From assembly GCF_009914755.1 (NCBI RefSeq), contig NC_060947.1: DNA of 64,000 bases; one strand, 5' to 3'. Position numbers and translations under genes: made by a program. Numbering within the stretch: the stretch's first letter is position 1; each line of letters begins with the position of its first letter. Origin of the DNA: the human T2T-CHM13v2.0 reference genome, Homo sapiens. The notes beneath the pieces are model-generated. The model was not told the origin of the DNA and searched no databases. It saw only the letters and a program-made list of their open reading frames with translations. Positions 43,452 to 59,495 of the stretch are shown piece by piece.

Positions 43452-43574
43452 CCAGCAAGACTGTGTTCCCAGATCTGCAGCATCACCTCCTGGTTCAAGG
43501 TCCCTCGGGTCAGGTCCTCTGGGCCAGGACCTCTTAGTAAAGATTGTGTCCACATCCTCAATGGTCACTGACCC
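43452..43574 (-). pseudogene. KRAB-A box exon, frameshifted, ZNF264/ZNF805/ZNF460-like
   Basis: tttctag|GSVTIEDVDTIFTK…DLTRGTLNQEVMLQI…TTGCTGG|gtagat; 123 bp vs the canonical 127 bp; resembles [42 protein letters not shown]. Confidence 0.8.
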
Positions 43575-43949
43575 CTAGAAAGTCTAAGAAAAGCAGGGAT
43601 GCCCATAGGATGGAATTAGAGCTTGGCACTCAGTCAAGGGAAAAGATCCAGGGCGAAACAAAGTCTGGATAACTGTGTACCTCCTGGGGGCCTAGCTCTT
43701 TACTAGGCTCCTGGTGGGTGGGGAGAGTGGATGCTGCCTTTGAAGGGAATGCAATTGTGTTAGAGTGAAAAGCCTTTCATGGGGGAAGCTACTGAAAAAT
43801 GGCACAAGACAATCATAAGCCCACATGCCCGGAGAAGAGCAGAGAGTGAACACTCTAGGACGTCAGAGAAAGGAGGAAATAATGACAATAATCATAAGAC
43901 CAGTAGTGGGAACGGCAGCAGCAGCTGCTGCTGTGTTTTACTTGTCCTC

Positions 43950-45986
<2,037 letters not shown>

Positions 45987-46808
45987 AAATCAGAGAAGTT
46001 CTGATGGCAATAAGAGTAGAAAGGGTGGTGACTGCTAGATACTAACTCTGGCCTGGTGTGTATTCAACCCAAAGGGACACCAAAGGGACTCCTGCAAGCT
46101 ATTAGTGATGAATATTGAAATGGATTCACGTTAAACATCTAAGGGTCTTCCATAATCATATCTATTCACGACTGTCCGTGGCAATCCAGCTTTGCTTGAA
46201 AAGACATGGCAACTGCAAAGATAATTTCAGTGCCCTTCTTGGCTCTCTCTGCCCTAAATCAACAGCAATTCCAAAAGCACTGCTCACCTCAGTTTTGTCC
46301 ACAGACTCTCCTCATCTCTCTCCCGCTCTCCCAGCCCTCCGCTGTGTACATACCTGTGGCCAGAAGAGGTTGAGGATTGGATTCCCCATAGGGTGGGTTC
46401 CTAACACACACCCAGAGCACAGTCTTTTGGGTAGTTTTTGCCCTGCATCCAGCTAGATTTAAGGCTTCCTGCAGTTTTCCACGGCAATGACAAGTAGCAC
46501 CTTAAGGTGTGCCAGGAAGTGGTGTCTCCCAGCTCTGTGAATAGGAATGAGGCGTCCCCTCTTTCTGTGGCCACCTGGAATATTCCTCACCCTGAGAGGT
46601 CTCCACGAGGTTACCTGTGTTTTGGAACACAGCCACTGGAGGCCTCTCAGGTCCTCAGCCTCTATATTGAAACTCACCCCTCCCGGGCTGTATGGCCCTG
46701 GGTGATGCCCTTACACCTGAGGACATCAAGGACCAAAATGTAAAATTCAAAAAGGAAGACAACAACTCCCTTGCAGGGGCTTTGTAAAGTGACAGTAAAC
46801 ATTTCTTT

Positions 46809-47113
46809 TGTTATCGTTGCTGTTGTTGTTGTTGAGACGGAGTCTTGCTCTGTCGCCCAGACAGGAATGCAATGGCGCGATCTTGCCTCACTGCAACCTT
46901 CGCCTCCCGGGTTCAAGCGATTCTCCTGCCTCAGCCTCCTGAGTAGCTAGGATTACAGGCGCACGCCACTACACCTGGCTAATTTTTGTATTTTTAGGAG
47001 AGATGGGATTTCACCATGTTGGTCAGGCTGGTCTCCAACTCCGGACCTCATGATCTGCCCGCCTTGGCCTCCCAAAGTTCTGGGATTACAGGCATGAGCC
47101 ACCACGCCTGGCC
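46809..47113 (-). mobile_element. AluS with (GTT)n-type tail
   Basis: Antisense dimer; TSD agtaaacatttcttt/agtaatcatttcttt. Confidence 0.93.
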
Positions 47114-47135
47114 GATAGTAATCATTTCTTTAATT

Positions 47136-47330
47136 CAATGTTTACCAAATGGTGGTCCCTGGACTACCAACTCAACTTCAGCATCACATGGAAATCTGTT
47201 GGAAATGTAAGCCATTAAGTCCCACTCGGATATACTGAATCAGAAACTCTGGTGGTGAGCCCAGCAGTCTGTGCTTTAACAAGCTGTTCCGGGGATATGG
47301 ATGCTGATTCAACCTTGGGAACTGAGGCTC
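47136..47330. mobile_element. MER5A-like hAT MITE
   Basis: tactgaatcagaaactctgg…ctgtgctttaacaagc motif. Confidence 0.8.
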
Positions 47331-48298
47331 TAATTCAAAGTCCAGTGATTAAAATGGAAAAATACTCCTGCCTACCTTAAGAAAGGTGATGTAAAAATGC
47401 TCAGCACAGGGCCTGACACGTGACGCTAAATATGTAAGAGCTGCTATTATTAGTAGTCTTATTATTGAGATCATCATCATCACCACAAGGCTATTCATAA
47501 AGGGCTGTGGGACTATAATTCAGTGACGTCACTTTGCAGGGATACTGGCACTATTTGTCAAAACATAAATGTAATGACTCACTGACTCAGCAAGTAGCCT
47601 CGAGGATAGTGATTAACAACTTGACACAGAGACACCCTATTCCACCATTTGACAAATTCGTTTATTTAAAACAATAAAAACAGCACTTATAGGGGGGCTT
47701 CATAAAATACAAGTAGGTAGCTTGACACACTTTCACAGGTCACATGATTTAACACCTGGGGACATCAGGACTAACTGCTCTCAGGCCTGAATGGTGAGTG
47801 GAGTGGCATGATTTCAAGTTCATAGAATGGTATGTCACTATTTGTCTTACATTCTCAGGAAGCAGGACCTCACTCCCCTCCTGTCTTCCCTTCTGGCCTT
47901 CCTGGTAGCCATAACCATGTACAAATACGTGACCATGAGATGTTCCTGCCTGATGTCCAGTGGCTCAGGGACCACATCTGGACCTCATCAAGACACCATC
48001 AGCCCATCATCTGAACTTACAGCGCTCAAGGCAGCACTAAATTCTGGAGAAGTGTGAGAACTCGAACTACTGAGGTCAAAGGAAGTGACACCAAGTGGCA
48101 GAGGTGAGAAAATATAATGAAGGCAACATTTCAAGTCCAGTGCAGAGAAGTGGTCAATGGGCTAAACTTCAGAGTCACATCACCTGGGTTCAAATTAGAA
48201 AGCTGCATCTTACCAGCTGCAGGAACTTGGACAAGGACTCAATCTCTCTGTGCCTTAATGTCCTCATCTGTCAAATGGGCATAATAATGGAACTCATC

Positions 48299-48323
48299 TG
48301 TGGTGCTATGATATATATGTGTG

Positions 48324-48356
<33 letters not shown>

Positions 48357-49088
48357 TCATGGTTCCTGGCTCATAATTCCCATAGCCCTTGTTACAGTCG
48401 TTGGTTATAATGTTAGGTGTGTTAGGTCTCAGGGGCAGGCCTCTGACCCTCTCCTGCCTTTTCACTCTGTTCCCCTGCCTTCCTGATTCCCAGGAGAGTA
48501 TCCCATCCATACTCTGGGGGAATGAGTGCTGACATCATGAAGCCCCCCTTAAAAATCCAAGAGGACTGGGTTCCTGGAGCTTCTGGATAGATGAAGACGT
48601 GGAGTTTTCTAGAGGATGGTGCACCCAGGGAGGGCATGGAAGCTCTGTGCCCCTTTCCCCATACCTCACCCTATGTGTCTCTTCATCTGTATCCTTTGCA
48701 ATATCCTTTATAATAAACAAGTAAATGTAAGTAAGTGTTTCCCTGAGTTCTGAGAGCCACTCTAGCAAATTAATCAAACCCAAAGAGGGGATCATGGGAA
48801 CAACTTGAAGCCGGTCAGTCAGAAGTTCCAGAGTCCCAGACTTGAGGCTGGTGTGTGTGTGTTGAGTAGGAGAAGTCTTGGGGACTGAGCCCTCAAATTG
48901 TGGGATCTGACATTATCTCTGGTTAGATAATGTTGCAACTAAATTAGAGGACACCCAGCTGGTATCTGCTGCTTGATGTTTGCAGAAAAAAAACCCACAC
49001 ATTTGATCACGGAAGTCTTCTGTGTTGGTTGTTAATATGGTGTGAGACTAGAGGGGAAATGTGGTTATAGAGAATTTTCCATCTACAC
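48299..49088 (+). mobile_element. MER21-like solo LTR inserted in a MIR, with an internal (TG)n
   Basis: tgtttccctgagttctgagagccactctagcaaattaatcaaaccc motif; TSD approx. catc. Confidence 0.78.
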
Positions 49089-49414
49089 CATCTCATAGAG
49101 CTGTTGTTGGGGTCAGCTGCTTTGGTACATGCCAAGTGCTAAGTATCAGCTTTCACTGTTCACAAAATTAACAGTTTTGTAAATGCTTTGGGTAAAAATA
49201 AGGTGATGAACTTTCAAAAATGTGAATTTCTTCTGCTTTTTAAGCATTTAAGAAACTGTAATATTTGACTTCTGATTTTAATCAAATGCTTAAAAGTACA
49301 ATTTTTCAACAATTAGTAAGAATTTACATAAATTTAACTAAACTCTTAGGCTTCAAATTTCTATTGTTTTATTTATTTAGAGAATGTTTAAAGGAGCAAT
49401 CATTAAAGGAAGGG

Positions 49415-49820
49415 AAACATTGCATGTTCTCATTTATATGTGGGATCTAAAAATTAAAATTGAACTCATAGAGATGGAGAGTAGAATGATGGTTACCAGA
49501 GGCTGGGAAGGGTAGTAGCGCTTGGGGGCAGAGTGGAAACTGTTAATGGGTACAAAATTATGTTAAAATGAATAAGATCTAGTATTTCATAGCCCAACAG
49601 GGTGATAACAGTTAACAATAATTTTGTGTGCATTTAAGAATAACTAAAAGAGTATAATTGGAATGTTTGTAACAAAAGGAAATGATAAATTCTTGAGGTG
49701 GATACCCCATTTATGCTTATTACACATTGTATGCCTTTATCAGTACATCTCTTATATACATAAGAATATATACCTACTATTTACCCATATAAATTAAAAA
49801 TAAAAATATAAAAATAAAAA
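49415..49820 (+). mobile_element. L1MA-type 3' end
   Basis: gagagtagaatgatggttaccagaggctgggaaggg; A-rich end. Confidence 0.85.
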
Positions 49821-50331
49821 GATTGTACTACAGTATGGGCCCACATCATCCATTTCCAGGTAATTAATTACACTTTGCAAATTTTTTCAACTCCTCTCCT
49901 TTCCATGAATTCAGGAATTCCTCTGTGAATTAAACTTTTAAACCAGTGCTCTGAGTATCACATATGTTGTAGCGTAGTCAGGAGTTGCTTTGATTTTTTT
50001 GACCAAATAAATTTTTCATTGACTCGTAGAGAATTATTCCCTGACTCTTGAATTATAACCCTTCTCACGCTTGTATGGAAAATGTCTGGTTTTCCTTGGC
50101 TCCTCTATCGGGTATTGTGGGAGGGACTGTGTAAGAGAGTAATCAGGTAGGACTCCTTCATCCTTCCTTTAAGGTCTTACATTTGATTTAATTAACTGAC
50201 CCCTTGTATAACTCTCATTCTACTGTCTTCTCTCCTTCCATTTCTACTGCTGACTATATGCTCTTCCATTGTGACATTAATTCAATTCAATATCTAAAAA
50301 GTTTTAATAGAAAATTTAGAACTTTGGTGAC

Positions 50332-52674
50332 TAATAGTGTTAGTATTTTTTTCCCTCCAAATATCATGTAGAGAAGTAATCCCCAGTGTTGAAGATGGCG
50401 ACTTGTGAGGTGTTTGGATCATCAGGCTGAATTTCTTAGCCAATGAATGGCTCAGTGCCATCCGCTTGGTAATGAATGAGTTATCCCTCTGATTTTATGG
50501 GAGATGTGGTTGTTTAAAAGTGTGTGGCACTTCCTCCCTCTCTCTCTTGTTCCCACTATGACCATGTGACATCTTGGCTTCCTGTCACCTCACACCATGA
50601 TTATCAGCTCCCTGAGGCCCTCACCAGAAGCAGATGCCACAACCATGCTTCCTGTATAGCCTGAAGAATGATGAGCCAATTAAACCTCTTTTCTTTATAA
50701 ATTACCCAGTCTCAGGTATATCTTTATAGTTATTCATGAATGGACTAATACAGAATATTGGTACCAAAGAGTGGTCATTGCTATAAAGATACCTGAAAAT
50801 GTGGAACTGGCTTTGGAACTGAGTGACAGGCAGAAGTTGGAAGAGTTTGGAGGACTCAGAAGAAGACAGAAAACTGAGGGAAGGTTTGGAACTTCTTAGA
50901 GATGGGTTAAATGGCTGTAACCAGAATGAAATGGCGATAAGGACAGTGATGTCCAAGTTGACAAGGTCTCAGATGGAGATAAGGAACTCATTGGTAACTG
51001 GAGCAAAGGTAACCCTTATTATGCCTTTGTGAAGAACTTTGCTGCATTGTCTTCATGCCCTAGGGATTTAAGAGTGATGACTTAGGGTATCTGGTAGAAG
51101 AAATTTCTAAGTAGCAAAGAATTCAAGATGTTACTTGGCTGCTTCTAATAGCCTATACTCAGGTGTGGGAGAAAAGGAATGACTTAAGTTAGGACTTATA
51201 TGTGAAAGGGAGTAGAGTGTAAAAGTTTGGAAACTTTGCATCCTGGCATCATGATAGGGAAGGAATCCATGCAGGCTGTGGAGCAACCACTTGCTATATA
51301 TAGTAGCATGACTGAAAAGGAGCCAAGTGCTAATACTCAAGACAATGGGAGAAAGGACTAGAAGGGATTTTAGAGATCTTTGGGACACCCCCTCCCATCA
51401 TAGGCCCACAGGCCTCTAATGAAAGAATGGTTTCATGGGCCCAGCCTAGGGTCACTTTGCCCTGCTCAGTCTCAGGACACTGCTCCTCACGTCCCAGTTT
51501 CTCCAGTTCCAGCCTTGGCTCAAAGGGCCCCAGATACTTCTTGTGCCACTGCTTTGGAGAGCAAAAGCTACCATAAACCTTGATGACTTCCATGTGGTAT
51601 TAAGTCCTTGGGCACTCAGGATGCCAGAGTGAAGGGGGCTTAGTAGCTTTTTCCTAGAATTCAGAAGATATATGGAAAAGTATGAGTACTCAGGCAGAGG
51701 CCTGCTCCAGTGGCAGAGCCCACACAGGGAAACTCTCCTTCCCTTCTCCAGATCCCAGAATGATAGATCCACTGGCAGCTTCCATCCTGTGCCTGGAAAA
51801 GCCACAGGCACTCAACACTAGCCCATGAGAGCAGCCACGGAGGCTGAACCCTGCAAAGCCATGAAGGCAGAGCTGCCCAAGGCTGTAGGATCCAACCCTT
51901 GCATCAGTGTGCCCTGGATGAGGGACATGGAGTCAAAGGAGATCATTTTGAAGCTTTAAGTTTCAATGATGGCCCTGCTGGGTTTCAGACTTGCATGGGG
52001 CCTGTAGCCCCTTTCTTTTGACCAATTTCTCCCTTTTGGAATGGTAATGTTTACCCAATGCCTGTATCACTGTTGTACCTTGGAAGTAACTAAGTGTTTT
52101 TTGATTTCATAGGTTTATAGGTGAAAGGAGATGAATCTCAGATAAGACTTAGAACTTTTGAATTGATGCTGGGATGAGTTGAGACTTTTGGGGTATTGGG
52201 AAGGTACAATTGAATGTATTTTGCAATATAAGAAGAACATAAGACTTGGGGGCCCAGGGGTGGAATGATATGGTTTGGATCTGTGTCTTCTCCAAATCTC
52301 ATGTTGAAATGTGATCCCCAATGTTGGAGGTGAGGCTTGTTCAGAGATGTTTTTGTCATCGAGGCAGATCCTCCATGAATGGCTTAGTACCATCTCCTTT
52401 GTAATGAGTGAGCTCTCCCTCTAATTTCCTGTGAGATCTGGTTGTTTAAGCCTGTGTGACACTTTCTCCTGTTCTCTCTCTTGCTCCTCCTCTAGCCATG
52501 ACAAGCTGGCTCCCAGTCTCCTTCTGCCACGATTGTAAGCTTCCTGAGGGCCTCACCATGAGCACTAGGCTTCCTGTACAGCTTGCAGAACCATGAGTCA
52601 ATCAATCCTGTTTTCTTTATAAATTACCTAGTCTCAGGCATTTCTTTATAGCGATGCAAGAATGGACTGATACA
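50332..52674 (+). mobile_element. Complete MSTA/B-like MaLR provirus
   Basis: LTRs at 50332-50752 and 52266-52674; internal region starts gaatattggtacca; TSD gtgac/atgac. Confidence 0.88.
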
Positions 52675-53240
52675 ATGACCTTTTGAGAAACTTAGGATCT
52701 CCCATTATTGCTTCATCAAAGGGCTATACCTTCTCTTCACCCCTCTAAGCCATCATCTTCCTTTTTTACAACCTTCAAACTTCCCTTCAGCTCCTTTGAA
52801 TTCCTTGATCTATCCCCATTCAACATCCCTACCTTCTCCATCCCTCGATTCACCTCTGCCAAAACTTTCCCATCTCATTTGGGCCCCTCAACTCCCTATA
52901 ACCACTTAAGTTCTAGGCCCCCCTCTTCTTCTTGAGAGCTCTTGATGGACTTGGACCCCAAGATCAACCACTGAAAGGCTGGAAAATCTAACCGGAAATA
53001 GGTTGGATGTTTTATCCACTTAGATGGTCTTTCGAAACACCTAGATGGCCACCTGGTGTATCCTCAGTAACTCATTCAAAATTAAGTCCACAGATTCCAT
53101 AATATTTTATGCATCAGGTCCAAAAAAATTTAAGGGTCTCTTCCAAAAATATTGGTGGGGACACTTCTGCCCTCATATTGAGTAGGTAACCTCAAATTGC
53201 TCCATCTACCAGAAATGCAATCCCAATAAAAAAAAAAATA

Positions 53241-53555
53241 GACCAGATGTAGTGGCTCATGCTTGTAAGCCCAGCACTTTGGGAGGATGAGACAGGGGTA
53301 TCTTTTGAGCCCAAGAGTTTGAGACCAGCCTGGAAAACATAGCTAGACCTTACCTCTACCAGAAATTTAAAAAAAAATGCAGAATGTGGTGGTGTGTGCC
53401 TGTAATTCCAGCTGCTTGTGATGAAGCTCAGGGCTGAGGTGGGAAGATCGACTGGGACCAGGAGGTTGAGTCTGCAGTGAGCCACAATCATGCCACCGAA
53501 CTCAAGCCTTGGCAACAGAGACCCTGCCCCTGAAAGCAATAACAATAAAAAAGTA
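53241..53555 (+). mobile_element. AluJ-like
   Basis: Diverged dimer (gagcccaagagtttgagacc, gagtctgcagtgagcc). Confidence 0.88.
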
Positions 53556-53632
53556 AAGGTGGGCAAGAACCCACTCTTTATCTATACCAATGAGTTAAAT
53601 TTTAAAAATTATAGTTATAATCTATTTATGCC

Positions 53633-53635
<3 letters not shown>

Positions 53636-53678
<43 letters not shown>
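53636..53678. repeat. (TG)n microsatellite
   Basis: Perfect dinucleotide run. Confidence 0.97.
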
Positions 53679-53680
<2 letters not shown>

Positions 53681-53701
53681 AAATGTATGTATGTTAAATA
53701 C

Positions 53702-56120
53702 TGGTACTGGTCACAATCACAAAAGACACAATCTTGAAAGATATAATCCTGGAATGTTGAAATCCTGGAAGACAAATTCTGGGTAAGGGATTAGTGCATT
53801 TTCGGTTGCACACAGGATAGTTGCATCGTGTTAAGCAGACTATTAGTTTGTTAGGATATTAATGATGGTTTAAGGAGATATGTATGGGTGCCAAGTTGAC
53901 AAAGGGCAGATTTGTAGACTTAATTTTAGATGTCCACGTGACTGAATTACAGAATATCTAGAAACCAGGAAAGCATTATTCTGGGTGTTTCTGTGACAGT
54001 GTTTCCAGAGGAGATAAGCACGTGAGTCTGAGTGGAATAGGTGGAGAAGATCTAACTCACCTTAATGTTTCAAGTGTTTTAAAGATCATAGAAGTGAAAA
54101 ACCAGGTGAAAAATGCAAGAAATTTCCCTTGCCCAATTTTTCAACCATATAGGACTTCTGCCTCTTCACACATAGTGACATGCTTGCCTTCAAAAAATGT
54201 CCTTCATCACAGAATTTAAGAAAAAAAATTTTTTTGACAAGCTCAGCGACCTTCAGAAACAAAGACACTTGCTGATATATAAGTTCTTCCAGTGTTACAA
54301 AGTGCATTAAAGGGTGGCCTACTCTTGGTTAGGGACTCGACTGTTGAAGAAAATAGACATATTTACCACACACGAAAACTAGGGCATGCTTCACTTTAGC
54401 TAATGGATAGCACTTTCAAAACTGTCCCCACTGTTTGCTCTTTAAAAAATCAACTATATACAATCCATGGCCCTGTTGGATCTGAAATTTCTGAAACTCA
54501 ACCACCCATTTATGTAGTAATGACTGGAAAAGTGAAACACTTTATAAATGCTTATTTGAAGATTTGTTGGACTTGGCAGAAGAAACTGAGTTTCAATGGA
54601 ATCCCCAAACCATAATGGCAGATTTTGAATTAGGTGTGATCAAGGCTTCCAAAAGTAAATTTCAAGGTTTTATCTATAGTTTCCTCCCCCACCCACACCC
54701 CCCAATTCAGCCCAGTGCATTTGGCATAAAATGCAGTGAGTGGATTGGCCACATGATATGGCAATGACAAAAACTTCAGTCTAAACATGTCATTTATCTG
54801 CATTGGCATTTCTTCCAGGTGACAAAATTCCATAAGCATTTAATGAATTAAAACCACATTTCCCTGAATAAGCCAGCAAAGTTACTGACTGGTTTGAAAA
54901 TAATTGTGTGCACAGTAGGATAAGAAGACACTTAAGCAATAGTGTTGCTGTTTGATCACCAACATCGTTTCCGCCAAATTTGTTCTCTGTATATGGGTGC
55001 ATGAGGAATTTCTGCATACCCAAAGCAACATAGAAGCATGGCACAGAATATGGGAAAATTTAATAGGGAATGCTCATGTTGATGTAAATTGAATCATACA
55101 ACAATTTCAAAAAGAGCAGTTCCACATAGAAAATGAATGTGAACGTATTCTGCAAGAAGAACTATGCCCTAAAAGAAAAAAGCAGCCATTAATCAAAATG
55201 CAAGACTTCAAAATACAGTTAATGATTGTGAAAGTTAGCCAGCTTTTATGGACTACTTCTGTGCAATTGTTCATATCTAACTTAGTAACACATTTTCTCA
55301 TATATCAATTTTTTAGTTTTAGATTTTTTCTTTTTTAAGTTTTTTAATCACCATTTCAAATTGTCAGCATTACTTTTTTTAAAATTCACTCTGCTATGTA
55401 TTTCATCTTCACATCATTTCCAATAATAGAAGTATAAATTGCGTAAAGACTTTTAGAGAATTCTAATCAGTTTATGCACTTTTTGCAAATTGGACTCTAG
55501 GAAAGTACATTATAACAATATTGATTTTGTGTATAAGCATTGTGCATATATATAGAAACATTGATACTTCCTCAAGAAATGAAGAGATACCATGTTTGTA
55601 CAACTGCATTTGTAAAAGATGAAATTGCTCGAGATCAAAGTTCTCTGGACTATCGCATATGTGGTGGTGACATATTGTGACTTTGATGTTTTCATCAAAA
55701 GACTTAGATTGACATGGAATTTCAAAAAACAGCAGTCATAAAACGAGGTGGACATAATTACAAACCATAGTAATATATACCCATATGTTTTACTTTTGAC
55801 CTATTTCTTTCCGAATACTGGTTATCTGCTCATAATTGTTATACATGTGTGACTGTTCTTAGGATATTTAAGTGTTTATGCTTGCAAAAATATGTTATTA
55901 TTGTACATTTTATTGTGGAAAGTGGTCAATGAAGTATTCCATCATGTTTTTATGATTCTCAAATAAATCCCCCCTTTAAAGATCTAAATAAATGCCTTCT
56001 AAAATTTTTTTTAAATAATTTTTTCAAGAAACATGTTTTCAGGATTTTCACCCTTCAGAGTTTCATTGTTTGGGATTATAGCACTTGAGATTGTGTCTTT
56101 CAGGATTATGGCCCAAACCC
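53702..56120 (+). mobile_element. Ricksha-type MULE/MuDR DNA transposon with a captured ERVL/MLT2 fragment
   Basis: ~75-bp degenerate TIRs (aaaagacacaatc / gattgtgtcttt); 9-bp TSD-like gttaaatac/attatttac; transposase remnants MDSTFKTVP…QLYTIH and PQTIMADFELG; ERVL PPT plus MLT2 start at ~53890-54055. Confidence 0.85.
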
Positions 56121-56404
56121 ATTATTTACTTACCCCCAGATAATATTGCCATATTAGAATACAAAATGCATTAAAGGAACACTATTTTGATTCTCTTAGA
56201 GATTTAAAAAATGGTTGTATAAATTAACTATTCCTGTAAACTTCAGAAATTAAGGAAATTAACCATCTACTATTTTCAAAAGTACTACTATATAAGTTAG
56301 CCCAAATATTTTAAAAACTAAAGTTCATATAATTTAGGTAAATCATAACAAATGAGACTAACTATAATGTAGTTGGCCTAAAAAAAGTATTCTGAGTTAT
56401 CAAG

Positions 56405-56730
56405 GTTTTTTATATATATACATTTATATATATTTATATATTTTTATATATACATTTATATATATTTATATATTTTTATATATACATATTTATATATTTA
56501 TATATACATATTTATATATTTATATATACATATTTATATATTTATACATGTATTTATATATTTATATATATTTGTTTTTTATATATATTTATATTTTTTA
56601 TATATATTTATATATGGCACACATATATATATAGGCATATATATATTGGCATATATAGGCATATATAGGCATATATATATTATATAATATATATATATAT
56701 ATATAAAATAGGCACATATAGGCATATATT
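56405..56730. repeat. AT-rich simple repeat
   Basis: (TATATATT)n and (TATAGGCA)n variants. Confidence 0.95.
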
Positions 56731-57133
56731 TTTATTCTACTTGGGATAGTCTTCCTAAGTTTGTATAGGTTTACTGATTGAATGACCTAGTCTTAAATAT
56801 AAAAAAATGAAAATTTATCTTTAACCGAATTAAATTACTATTTTGAGAAACATTATTTCAACGCTAATTATCTTTTGTAACATGTCATCTAGAAAACAGT
56901 TTTCAAGATATTTTGGTAAGCTAAAACGTTAGGTTTATGTTATATAAGGTTAATTAATGATTATTTGTTAAATATGTGGATTGTTTCTAAACAAGATAAA
57001 ATGCTAAAATATTAATTTCTATGCATATTTTTAAGGCTATATATGTTTGGGTCTGTTGATGAGTGCATTCATTTTTGTCATCTTGAAAAGTTGTAGTATA
57101 GGGGATGTTTATGGTTATAAAAAGTTGTGCAAT

Positions 57134-57439
<306 letters not shown>

Positions 57440-57674
57440 TTATGAGCTTTGCTAATTTGCTACGAAATACTGATGCGTAACAGAGTTCACAAACATCCAT
57501 ATCCCAATTTTCTCTCTAAAATGAAACCTACTATGAATAAAAATTATAATCAATATATGTGAATAAACTCTACTAGGAGCAAAGTAGCATAGTCGAACAA
57601 CTTTGTATGCAAGATAAACAAGATATGTTTTATTAAGGAAAAATAGTTTTGTCTTAAAGTAAAATGACTAGTAG

Positions 57675-58054
<380 letters not shown>

Positions 58055-58353
58055 ATTTTATTTTATTTGTTGTGATCAGAGCTGGCTAAGGAATAATGGG
58101 TATATACATACTTTCACAAAAAGAACTAAAATATAAAATATACTAATGCAAAAGTAGAATGTTATTTTCTCTTTGTTAAAATGACAAAATTTTCTTGCAT
58201 TATTAGCCTGGTCATAGTAAGAAATTGTAAAAGTTGTTTTCATTTCCTTCCAAACCATCTGACTGAAAGACAAATATTTTATGTCACAGAGTAAAATGCT
58301 ACCTCAAATGTGTAGAAACAGGTAAATACAGAGATACAACGATACATAGCTGA

Positions 58354-58740
<387 letters not shown>

Positions 58741-58969
58741 AACTGGTGATACTTTTAATCGGTAATTTTGATGAATTCCTAAGAGCTGAGTGTGGACACG
58801 GTGAGCATGAGAAACCCCTCACGGCTGCAGTATCAGGGAGGCCAGCACACTTACATGGGTTTTCCTTTCAGGAACCCCGCAGGTTTTCATGATGTAGAGC
58901 CAGGAAAAATCTCCTGTGGCTCTGGCAGGAGGAGAAAAGTATCCATTTTTAAATAGTCCAGCACATTCT

Positions 58970-59495
58970 TGTATTAGGACTCTCCAGTGAAAAACAACCA
59001 ATAGGATGGCTATACATGTAGAGATTTATTACAAGAAATTGGTTCATGTAATTTTGAAAGCTGACAAGTCCCAAGATTTGCACTCAGTAAGCTGGAGACC
59101 CAAAAGAGTCAATGGTGTGGGTCCAGTGTCAGTCAGAAAGCCTGAGAATCAGGAGAGCTGATAGTATGTTTCAGTCTGAAGGTCTCCAGGCTCAAGAACT
59201 AAGAAGAGCCAATGCCTCAGTTTGTGTCTAAAGGCAGAAAAAGACTACTGTCACAGCTCAAAGGCAGTCAGGCAGAAAGAGTTCCCTCCTATTTAGCCAT
59301 TTTGTTCTATTCAGACCTTCAATGGATTAAAGGAGGCTCACAGACATTAGGAAGGCAATCTACTCTACTCAGTCTGCTGAACCAAATGTTACCCTCAGCC
59401 AGAAACACCCTCATGGATAGAGCCAGAATAATGTTTAATGAAATATCTGGGCACCCCATGGCCAGTCAAAGTGAAACACAAAATTAGCCATCACA
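58970..59495 (-). mobile_element. MLT2C/D-like solo LTR
   Basis: TGTATTAGG…aattagccatcACA; TSD attct/aatct. Confidence 0.82.

Noticed and set aside
47505-47522. ZNF143/SBS-like promoter motif gggactataattc
   Set aside because: Explained by a decayed L1ME ORF2-end sequence.
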